DNA of 64,000 bases from Anaeramoeba ignava BMAN (taxonomy: Eukaryota; Protista; Anaeramoebae): assembly GCA_028826165.1 (NCBI GenBank), contig JAPDFW010000059.1:434001-498000 (forward strand), in the 5' to 3' direction. The notes beneath the pieces were generated by a model. That model was not told where the DNA came from. It did no database searches and worked only from the letters and a program-made list of their open reading frames with translations. Below, one piece after another: positions 37,998-49,900 of the stretch (position 1 is its first letter; each line of letters begins with the position of its first letter). The position numbers and the translations under genes are program-made.

Positions 37998-40608
37998 TTA
38001 ATTTGAATCAATATCTTCTAAATTCATTCCTTCAAAAAGTTTATGTTTTAAAGCTTGTTCTGCAGTAATTCTATTTTCTGGGAAATAGTCACACATTTTT
38101 AGAATTAAATCTAAAAATAATAAATGTTCAGGATCATTTGAGATGAGATCTCTAATTTTTGGTAATCTTTCAACACGTTCTTTACTTTTACTACTTGAGA
38201 ATATTTTAGGAACATTTAAAAGGTTATGAGAATTAAAATATTTAGAAGCATCTCCACTAAAAATAAATAAAAGAAATTTAAATTTGAATTTTTTTTTGAA
38301 TTTTAAAATGAAAATTTCTTACTTAATTTGTTTAACTAAATTAATTGGAATTTGACCAAAAACTTTTTCCATCATTGCTAAATGTTCAGAATTTTCATGG
38401 GTTTGAAACAAAACAGTTCCTGTATATATTTCCATAAGAATGCAACCGATACTCCATATATCACAACTAAATGACCAACCAAGTCCTAATTAAAAATAAA
38501 GATGAAAATAAAAAATGAAAAAGTGGAACAAAAAAAATTTTTTTTTTTCGAAATTTGATCAAATATAATTATAAATAGAACTATAAATAGAACTACCTAA
38601 AATCACTTCAGGAGGTCTATAATGGCGAGTGCAAACAATTGTGGAATGATATTCATTGATATTAATAGCGTTTCCAAAATCAATAAGTTTAATAGATGAA
38701 GAGTTTGGAACTTTCAAATCAAAAACTTTGTGATTTGATTGGGAATTTCTAGAAGAAAATTGATTAGAGTTATCATTAACAGGAACAAGATGAAACTTTC
38801 TTGAGCGAAGTAAGATATTTTCAGGTTTTAGATCAGTATGAGCAGTATTATGAGAATGGAGAACTAAAGTGTATATTTTAAGGAAAATTGAATTTTTTTT
38901 TTTTTGGTTGAGCAAAGAGAAATTGTTTCCAACCGATTCAATGACCAGTTCTTTTTTTTTTTTTTTTGGAAATAAGATGAAAAAAAATGTGCGAAAATGT
39001 TGACTATTTACAGTTGACTGATTTGAGGATTTCTACTGTGACTTTTTTCACATATGGAAATGGAAATCCTCGATATCGATTCATTTTGAGGAAATCATAA
39101 AGAGAATATCCTAATTGTTCGAAAACAATACAAAAATGATCTTCGAATGTAAAGTTATCATATAATCGAACAATTCCACTTTTTTAACCAAAATTTTTCA
39201 ATATAAATGAATTATATTAAAATTTTAATATTATTTTAATATAAATTTTTTTTTTTGTTTTATCAACAATTTATTTTCTGGATCTTCTTTATTAAGTTTT
39301 GTAAGTATTTCAACTTCATATTTCGCTGCGCGACAATATCTTTCTATATTTCTAATAATTTTTAAAGCAACTTTTTGGTTATTTGTTGTATCTTTACATT
39401 TTAGAACTCTTGAGAAAGTTCCTAAGATTTTTATTAAATTTAAACAATTTCAATTTGATTTTGATTTTGATTTTGATTTTAATTTTGATTTTAATTTTGA
39501 AATGAATTTAAACAATTTTTGAAATGAATTTAAACAATTTTTGAAATGAATTTAATTTTAATTTTGGATTTGGTTTTGATTTTGATTTTTATTCAATTTA
39601 AACAATTTTTGAAATGAATTTGATTTTGATTTTGATTTTAATTATTTTGATTTTGATTTTGATTTTGATTTTGATTTTGATTTTAATTTTAATTTTGATT
39701 TTGATTTTGATTTTGATTTTAATTTTAATTTTTGATTTTAATTGGTTTGAAATATACCTTCTCCAAGAGTTTTTATAACCAAATCTAATTAAAATAAATT
39801 TTAATTAATAAAAGTGTTATTTTTATTTTGGTTTTGGTTTTGGTTTTTGGAATTTAAAGAGAAAAAAAATACATTTAGGTGTTATATAATCTCCTTTTTT
39901 AGAAATAATATGACCTTCTTTAGTTGATTTAAAATTAGAATTTCTATTAGGTGATTTTTTATGAGAATTTTTATCTCTTTTTGGTGAATAACTATTTGAA
40001 TTTTCTGATCGAAATTTTGAATTCTAAATTTTTGAAAAAAAAAGAAATTTTGTTTTTTTCGTTTTTGTTTCAAAAATTTAGATAAGAAGAATAAAAAGTA
40101 ATTGAAAATTAAAATCTAAATCACTTGTCTAGAATTTTTTTGATTTGTATTATGGTGATGATGATAGTGATGTTTTTGATGCGAATAATGATAGTGATTA
40201 TGATTATGATTATGATTATTATTATGATGGTAATGATGATTATGACGATAATGTTTATGGTTTTCATTTTTATGTTGAGAATAATGATCTGTTTTTGGGA
40301 AATGATTATGATGATTATGATGTCGGTTATGATTTTGATGATGAATTTTTTCGTTAAAAGTTTTTTCAACTGAACTTTTTTTTTGATTATCAGAATATTG
40401 ATTTAATCTAGAATAATCATAATTTCTATTTGAAATAATATTTTCATTAATATAAGTATCTGAATTTCTAAAATAACGAGAAGGAAATTCTTTTGATTTT
40501 GATTTTGATTTTGATTTTGGTTTTGATTTTTGATTTTGATTTTGATTTTGATTTTTTTCTTTTTTTAGAACGATGTGAATTTTGATAAGAAGAATTAAAA
40601 TTATTCAT
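37998..40608 (-). CDS. CLK/LAMMER dual-specificity kinase, multi-exon (frameshift near 40530)
   Basis: [48 protein letters not shown]. Confidence 0.93.
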
Positions 40609-40941
40609 AAAAATAAAAAAATGAAAAATGAAAAATGAAAAATGAAAAATTAAATTTGGTTATAAAATTTTTATTGGTTTTAAAATTAAAATAGATTTTG
40701 ATTTTAATTTTGATTTTGATTTTGATTTTGATTTTAATTTTGAATTTGATTTTGATTTTGATTTTGAATTTGATTTTGATTTTGATTTTAATTTTGATTT
40801 TGATTTTGATTTTGATTTTGATTTTGATTTTGATTTTGATTTTGATTTTGATTTTGATTTTGATTTTGATTTTGATTTTGATTTTGATTTTGGTTTTGAT
40901 TTTGATTTTGATTTTTAATTAAATTTTTTTGATTTTGATTT

Positions 40942-43900
40942 TTAATTAAATTTTTTTGATTTTGATTTTAATTGATTCAAAGGATTCATAATATCAAAAG
41001 CACCTGAACCATTAGCACCAACACGACCAACAACAATTCTAGAAGAAGGTGTTCTAAGATCATCATAATCACCATGAAGAACCGATTCAAGAAGGAATTT
41101 AAAAGTAGTTTCGAAGCTCATTTTCTGGAATGGGGAAACTGAGGAATTCATTGTGATTCTATTAAGAGCACGGAAAGTGCCTTCATATGTCATATAATCA
41201 GCAATTAGGGACAAATGACGTGTATCAACGCTTACACTATAAACTTTGAATACTTTTTGGATTTCGAGAATAATTGATTCCCGAGCTGCCTCAACACCGT
41301 ATGTATCTAGAATCGCAGCGATATCGTTACACTCAAGATCTTCAATATCAATCATTGTACTGTAACTGTGTGCTGCGGTTAGATTCACCCCTTCTGTTTG
41401 AAGATAGAACTTGTCTTTTCCTTTGTTCTCCTTTTTTAATACATAACATCTTTGTATCCCTTTTACATTGTGAACTTCTGTTTTTTTACTCGCTTCTTCT
41501 ATCAAACTTGATATCAAAAATTTCGGTGTGTTTAATGGAACGTGAATTGCAAATTGGCATGTTTTGAGTTCTTGATCAACAAGGTTTTGTTTGATTTCGA
41601 TTGGAGTTGATTCTTTTGTATTTTGGGATTTTTCTCTTGTTTTCGTCTTTGTAAGTGTTTTATCAATATTTTCTATTTGATTTTCGTCATTTTCATCATT
41701 TTCATCATTTTCAATTTGATTTTCATTATTTTCAATATTTTCATTTTGATTTTCATTATTTTCATTATTTTCATTATTTTCATTTTCAATCCTAATTGTC
41801 TGATTTCCAGCAACATCTGTTGTATTTTGCTTCTTGTTTTTCTTTGTTAAGCTTTGTTCATCATCTGCTTCATCATAAGTTGCCTTTTCAGTTTTTTTGT
41901 CTTTACGTTGAGCCTCTGTCATATCATCTTCATTATCCAGATTAGAATTTTTATTCTGATCAGTTTCACCGAATTCAGCATCACCTTTTGAGACTGTTTT
42001 GTTAACAATAATATTACTTGAATGATATTTTGAGATTTCCTTATTGATAATCTTATTTAGCAAAGGCAGGAAGAATATGTTTATAATTGAATTAAGAGAT
42101 TCTTGAGTTTTCCCAATTTTTCGGAGACGTTTTGAGCGCAGATTAAGTTTGATATGATATACTCTCTCAGGATTTCCACTAAGAAGCTGCAAAGATTCCG
42201 AGACTTGAATTGACGAGATGACTCCTGAAAGAGAGATATTTGATAGCAAAAGTGCGAGTTGTGTAGCGTCGTCGCGAGTGAGATGATCTTTGAGAGGAAG
42301 TATCATTGTTGGTGTTGATATTTTCTTGCTTGCTGTCATGATAACTTCTCGCAAACGAGGAATTCCCAGTGTTAAATTTGTTGCTCCAAATCCAGCAAGA
42401 TGAAAAGTGTCGTAGAGATTGATTCCGTGAAGATTCGCAAATGTTCTGTTGTCTGAAACGGTAAGATCGTAAACATGTTTGTGTGTTGGCTCAACTTCTT
42501 CAATATTTACAATATCATCGAAATGTATATCATTGTGAATCAAACGCTTTAGAATTTTGTGTTCCTTTGTGCTCATCATGTTTTGATTTAATTTTAGCTC
42601 TTTTTTGAGCAAGAATCGTGAATGAGAACCTTTGAAATGTTTTGTATTTATTCCTGGAATCATATCCTGATCAAGATTTTGTTTCTGCTCGTTTTCTCGA
42701 ATTTTTTCCATTTCAAATGATTTGGATTGCAAAATTGTACCAATTTTAAATGCAAATTTTTGCGCCCAATGATTTGAAAGTTGTAATTGGTGTTGGTCTC
42801 CAATTTCTGCAACAATACCAAATCTATTTAGAAGATGAATCATTAAAGAGAAAGTCTTTTCATCACGGAAGTGTGTTTTGATGGAAACGGAATCTTTTTT
42901 TTGAGTAATTATCGATGTTGTGTTGATTGATGCATCAAGAAATCCTTTTAAAAATGAGGATTTTGATAGTAAAAACCAATTTGGAAGTGTTGGCTTGTTC
43001 AAATCCATGAAACAAAATTGCAAGAAAAGAATCAGAAACGAAGATTCAATTTGGATTTGGTTAGATCGGATATTGTTTGATGTATTATAATTGAAATTTG
43101 AAATATTTTGGATTAAATTGCCTTTCAAAAAGGAAAGATTGGTTGTTTTTGTATCAATTGAAGATAAAAGTCTTTTTCTAAATTCATCAAGAATGCTGTG
43201 GAAACTGGATGTGAAAAGATGGACAATGTGGTTTATTTGAGGAAAGTCTTTCTTGTCGATATTGATTGATATCAAGGAATGGGGATAATTTTTTGAAGAA
43301 GAACCATTGATGAAAAAAATGCCGAGAAAAAACCCGAGTTCGAAATTAAGAGGAATATTAAGTGGGATTGAAGGATCAAGATGAGGATGAGAAGATAAAG
43401 AAGAGGTATTGAAAATATTGTAGAAAAGTGATTTTTGGGAGATGTATTGAGAAAAAGACAGGGAGGAAATTTGGGCATTTTCTGGGATAGATATTCTTTT
43501 TGTAATTGGGATGTAATCTCCGAGAGAAAGAGAAGCGCCTGAAACAGGTACAATTTTGTTGTTTATTTGGCGAAGAAAAGATTTTGCTTTTGTGGCAATT
43601 ACAGAACGACCTGATCTTGTTGTAATTTTCAAGAGAGTTGATGAACCATCTTTGTTTATTGGCAGATGGCGAGTTACAGCCTCTAATGTTTTCCACTCAA
43701 TTTTACCTTTTTTACTAACTGATAAAACTGAATAATTGGATGATTTATCAATGTTGATCAAGGTTGTATCGTTTGGAAAGCGTTCGATAGATGGAGAATT
43801 TGGAGCTGTTTTGGAAATTAAAGAATCAATAAACTCGCCCATTTTTGTTGTTGTTATGAGGTTTGTTTGCTCGTTTTTGAGGATAATTTCTTCTTGCCAG

Positions 43901-46900
43901 TCCACTGAGTTTAGCGTGTTGTGAACGATGATTCCTGATGATGTTGTGAAGCTTTGAGAGGTTTTAACTGAGAAGTCATAAACATATTTGGTTTTGGGGA
44001 TGATTGGTGTGATTTCAACAATTTCATCCCATATGATTTTGCTGTTTATTGCGTTTTCGAGTGTTTTCATTTGTGAGGAGAGTTTTAGTTTGATATTTGG
44101 ATCATTTGCGATGATTTTTTGTATTAAATTGAAGTGTTTTTGGAGAAGACTTCTTGGTATTGTTTTTTTCGGAAGAGATTTGGGTTGTGGAAGAGAAGGG
44201 AAAGAATCTGATAGATGAGCATATATTTCGTGAACAAGTCCATCTATACCTGGGATTAAGTCTTGGAAAGTATTTTGGGGTTGCTGTTTGAATTGGGCAA
44301 TGCTTGGTATTTTGAGAGTATATGTTTTTTTGGATTTGGAATAATGGAATGTGGAGAATATTTGGAGTCTACTGAGAAGAAGAGCTATTGAGTAAGTTGT
44401 TGTTCTTTCAAGAATAGTGTATTTTTTGTGATTGATGCTGTTACTTCGAAGTTGTTGATAAATGGTTTGTTTTTTGGAATTGGGATTTTTTTGGGAAAGA
44501 ATCAAGAACATTGACAAAAATGATTCAATAAAAGGATCATGAGCAGAATATAGAAAATGAGGGAAAGATTGCTGTGATTGAGGGAAAAGATGATGGAAAA
44601 GAAGACAATATTCAGATTGGATATGAAGTGTTAATTTGAAAGTGGATAAAGAGGTATCTATTGAATGAGAATAAACTGAAAAAGCAGAAGAGCGAGCAAA
44701 AGAAAGAAATTCAGAAAGAAGAAGATTTGCAATATCAAGAGAAGGGATATTAGAGAAGGATATGGAAGAAGGATGAGTATCAAGATTATCGACAGATCCA
44801 GAAAAGAGATAAGCCGCACAAACAGAAGCGAAGAAAGATGAAAGATGAATTTTCGAAGGAAGAGGATGATTTAAATAGAGAAACTTTTCAGAACAAGAAT
44901 TTGAAAGAGGAAGATTGTTTGCAACAGGGAGAAAGTGTCCTGTGCGGAGATCTGAGCCGCGAATAGGAATAATATTATTGTTTGAGCGAGTGAGGAAGGA
45001 ATGAGAAGGTGTTGCACATACATGACGACCTGATTTTGTTATGATATTGATAAGAATACCGTTGGGAGGATGCCGAGAGATCTGAGAAACAGGGAGCCAA
45101 TCAACAGATTCGTTGCGGCATATTCCAGGCACAAGAAGATTAAGAGATGATGGGATGTCTAAAACAAGGGAATCAGAAGAGTTGTGAATTTTTCTCGCAA
45201 ATTTTGAGAATTGAGAAAGAAGAGAATCAATGAAATTTCCAATTGGAAGAGTGGATATTGATTTACCAAAACGTAGAATAACACCCTCATCATAAGCAAG
45301 ACTCATCTGTGTTGAGGGTTCGCCTATGGATTGTGCAGCAATGATTCCAACAGTTTCTCCTGGTTGAACAAGACTGTAGAAATATTTAAGAAACATAAGC
45401 GAACGGAATTGTGCAGCGGTTGGTTTGTCAGTTTGGTCTGGAGCTTGATTTGTGCTATATGATATTTTTTGTGGAGATGAGAGAAGATTATCAGGGTTGG
45501 ATTCAATGTATTTCTGGATTTGGTAACTGAGCTTATCGGAAATGGCTCCTAGATTGCGCGAAGGATCAAGAATAGAAATCACAGGATCTATAAAGGGAAG
45601 AAGTTTGGCAAGGCCTGTGTATGATGAGAATATATCTTGAGGGAGAAGATGAGCGAAATCTGGATGTGATTTTGCAAATTTTTCAAGAAGGGTTTTGGGG
45701 TTTTTGAATTGGGTTGTTTGTTTGACTGCGGATTTTTGTATAAGAGATATTTTTTGGTTCATATCAAAAACAGAGTCTTCATTTTGTTCGAGAATTTTGT
45801 CGACTATTGAGCGATTATCTATTTTTTCTGAGATTTCGTTTGTATGTTTTAAATTTTCATCTGAATTTTCATTTAAATTTTCATCTGAATTTTCATTTAA
45901 ATTTTCATCTGAATTTTCGTCTGTTTTTTCCAAATTTTTTGCAATTTTCGACAAACGAGAAATGGTTTGAGAAATCAAAGCAGAATTGTATTGTGTTGCT
46001 TGACGATCATAAGAAAGAGCTTCTCTTGTAGAAAGAATACGGGCAACAACCTTAGGTTGGTATTTATCAATAAGAGCACGACAATTACGGAGAACGAAAA
46101 TAAATTGGTCAAGAAATTTTGATTTCGAGACATCGATGCCATCCTCGCCATAGAGGAATTGGATAATACTTCCATCGGAATCTCTGACTGTTGAATCGTA
46201 GTGAACACGAAGACCTTCGAGATGCTTAATAAGACATCGTTGGAGATAACCACTTCGACTTGTCTTGACTGCTGTATCAACAAGACCTTCACGGCCTGCC
46301 ATTGAATGGAAGAAATATTCTGGCGGAGATATTCCTGTCAGAAAACGATTGCGCACAAATCCTCCTGCTCGTGCTGTTAAATCAAAAGGCGCAAAACAAG
46401 GCAGGCTTTTTCCACTCGTCATAAGAGGTACTCTTCTTCCCTCTAATTCTTGTTGGCCAAGTAGGCATGATATTTGAGAGAAGTTTACTACGCTTCCCTT
46501 GGCTCCGGAACTAGTCATTAATGATAGGAAATTTTGTGGGAATCTTTTCACTTGTCCGACTGGAATTGATTCTTCAATTATTTTAGTTGTGATTTTACTG
46601 AGTGCGCTTTTCATGAGGGAATCTAGTTTGCCGCCTGATTGTTCAGGATCTGCGGCTATTTTATGGCGTAATTTACTTCTAATTTGAGCGCGATGAATAG
46701 ATTTGAGGAGATTATTTTCATCTTCATCTTCATTTTCGTTTTCCAATAAATTTTCATCATTTTCATTTTCATTTTCATCTTGATTTTTATTTTTTGGATT
46801 TGGATTTGATTCTGAACGAAGTGGAGCTTCATCAACAAATTCTTGTGTCACTCTTTCTGCTTCATCATCTGCAGAAACAAAAAGTTCGCGACGAATTTTC

Positions 46901-49900
46901 TCAGCATTTTTGTTCATGAGCATATCATCCATCCCACAAGTAAAACCATGGATCTGAAGATAGTAAGTGAAAAGTCTGCCAAGAGCAGAGAGCAAAGTAT
47001 CGGCAAAGGAAGGACCATATAATTCAAAGACGGAATGAACAAGACCGAAGTTAGAAGCACCGAATTGAGCACGATCAAGAACGCCAGTAAGAAGCTCGTT
47101 CTCGACAACGATGACTGTACCCTCTTCTTTAGCAGCAGAACCTCCCCAAACAGAGACGGGAACTTTAGTATTTGAGACGATTGAGATGGGGTGTTTTCCA
47201 CAAGTGAGATGAGCAAGAAGAAACGAGATGATCTGCTTTCCAGTCCACAAAGGTTTGGGTTTAATGATAGCAGGAATTCCAAGATGGAACCTGGTTTGCT
47301 CTACACTTCGCGGATCGTTGATATCCTCGTTTGAATATGGGGAGAAGAAACTTTGTCGGACACCACGTATCTCGCTCCCATCACCGAAGGCAGAATAAAG
47401 AAGTTGCATAGCTTGTGGACGTGTAAAAAATGTATTCTTTTGAGTAAGAAGAATTCCAGTGACAATATTGTCTTGAATAAGTCCACGCAGAGGACGGCCA
47501 TCGGTACCAGATGTGTATTGCCGTTCTGCGCCAGCGATTTCATACGCCTCAGCGCGGGAGATATGATCCTGAGGGAAGTGGAGATTCATCTCATCACCGT
47601 CAAAATCAGCGTTATAAGAATTACAGTTTGCGTAGTGAAGTCTGATAGTATTCTGTCCATATAGAATTTTAGCGCGATGAGCCATTATACTGGGTTTATG
47701 TAAAGTTGGCTGTCGATTCACAAGCAAAACATCGCCAGCCAGAAGATGTCTTCCGACCTTTTTGGAAGCGAGAAGATCCGCAAAGGGATCTGGGGTTGTG
47801 TTGTTTGCAGGGTTTGAATGAGCGGGGGTGCGTCGCGGTTGTGTGAGTAATTTTTTGCTGAGCGCAACGCGTTGTGGTCTTGTCAGATATTGGAGATTGA
47901 AAATGCTTCCTCGCTCGTCAAGAAGATAGTTGGCACCGGGATAGCGATCGGGTCCGTTGACAACTGCTTGTCGCAAACGTTTGACGTTATGTTGGGTCAC
48001 TGGTTCTGGAAATGACAGTTTTTTTGCGAACCGCAACGGAACACCAATTTCGTTGGTGCGAATTAACGGATCCGGTGAAATAACAGATCTTGCTGCATAA
48101 TTAACACGCTTCCCCATCATGTTGCGACGGAAAAGACCCTCCTTCTTCTCCATCACCTGTCGTATTCCTGGAGTCGGGTGAAAGTCCCGTGAAAATGCTG
48201 CGTCGTATAGGCAGTTCACATTGTATTGAAGCATGTTCCACGCGCCGATAACCCCTCCAAACCGCCGATCAACGACTGTTGTCTCATCATCCTTCTTCTC
48301 TTGATCTTGCTCGCTCTTTTTCGGTGTCTCCATCTGTTTCGACAGCACCATGATCCGCATATTCCATTCCATCACTTTCGCAAAAAATCGTGTTTGCACA
48401 TGATCCGCAAATGTTTCTCCAAGAAAATTCGGCGGACGAAACCGAGGTGGAGTGACAGGCAATACATTCAAGAAGAACATCTCTGCAGTACTTTCTCTTT
48501 GCACACGGAAGTTATCTTGTGTCTTCTGGGAATCGATGTTTTGGGAGTTTTGGCTGAGTGATCCGAAAAGTATATCCATTGAAGTTTTTTCATTTTCCCA
48601 CAGAAGTTTTATGTGTCGCTCCACTTCTATTGTGGATAAGAATTTTGCTTTGCTCCACGGTTTTATCCCTGCTTTTTCTGTCTCACTTCCGTCTTGGTCT
48701 TGCTCCTTTCTCTTCTTTCCGCGTGCTGTGCCGAGAACGTTTCTCATTGCTCTATTGTGTTCTTTTAATTCTTTCCGTTGCCGGGGTGTCAACGGTTTCA
48801 AGAAAATTTTTGTCTGTTTATCTGCCCTGTAGTCAAATGCAACGCCTCCGCAGTTTTCGCAGCGTCTTAGTTTTCCAATTTCATCCAATAATTTTTTGAT
48901 TATTTCTCTCCTGTTCTTCTCTCCATACACAGTCTTCTCGCGCTCCCAACTGCTCTTCATTTCGCTTTGTTGTGCTTCTTTATTCTTCTTCGCGTTTCTT
49001 TCCTCTCTCTCGCTTGTCTGTTTCTTTATCACTCCCGCTTTTTCCAGTATGTTTTCTATCATCCTCTCCACAGTTTCTTCTGTTGTCTCTTTGTTTTTCT
49101 CGCTGGTTTTTTTGCTTTTTTTATTTCCCTTTTGCGTGCTTTCATCTTCCACAAGGAATTCCTTGATGTCGCTTTTTTTTGCTTGTTTTTTTTCGTTATC
49201 CGAGTCAAACAGTGCGTCTGAATCGAATTCGTCTTCATTTTCTTCCATTTCAATTTCTTGGTTCTTTTTTTTGCCCAATTTCTGTTGTTTTCGTTTTTTG
49301 GAGAGTTCTTGTCTTTCTTGTGCTTTTTGATGTTTGTGCATGTTGTAGGAGAGCTTATCCAGCATCTCCATTTCAGAGAAATATCCTTTGTCAAGAAGCA
49401 GTAATTTTGCCATTATTATTTTCAGTCTAATTGGTGATATTTTCATTCTATGGCAGAATAGGCATGTGCATTTCATTAATTTGAATAACATTTTAAATGC
49501 AAATGGGTTATATATTGGTACACATAATCGAATATGTCCGAAGTGACCTGGACATTGTGTGTGACTTTTTATTTCAATTTTTATATAAATTATTATATAA
49601 ATTATTATATAAATTATTATATAAATTATTATATAAATTATTATATTAATTATTATATAAATTATTATATTAATTATTATATAAATTATTATATTAATTA
49701 TTATATTAATTATTATATAAATTATTATATTAATTATTATATAAATTATTATATAAATTATTATATAAATTATTATATAAATTATTATATAAATTATTAT
49801 TTAAATTATTATATAAATTATTATATAAATTATTATTTAAATTATTATATAAATTATTATATAAATTATTATATAAATTATTATATAAATTATTTAATAA

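Noticed and set aside
42409-45303. RPA1 inserts as spliceosomal or self-splicing introns
   Set aside because: Both are exact codon multiples (1386 and 1500 nt), stop-free, lack GT-AG ends, and show intein blocks A, B, F, G with Thr at +1.
46000-49400. GC-richer island as foreign DNA
   Set aside because: It is the conserved RPA1 coding region; LCB2 and the ankyrin gene show similar mid-gene GC elevation.
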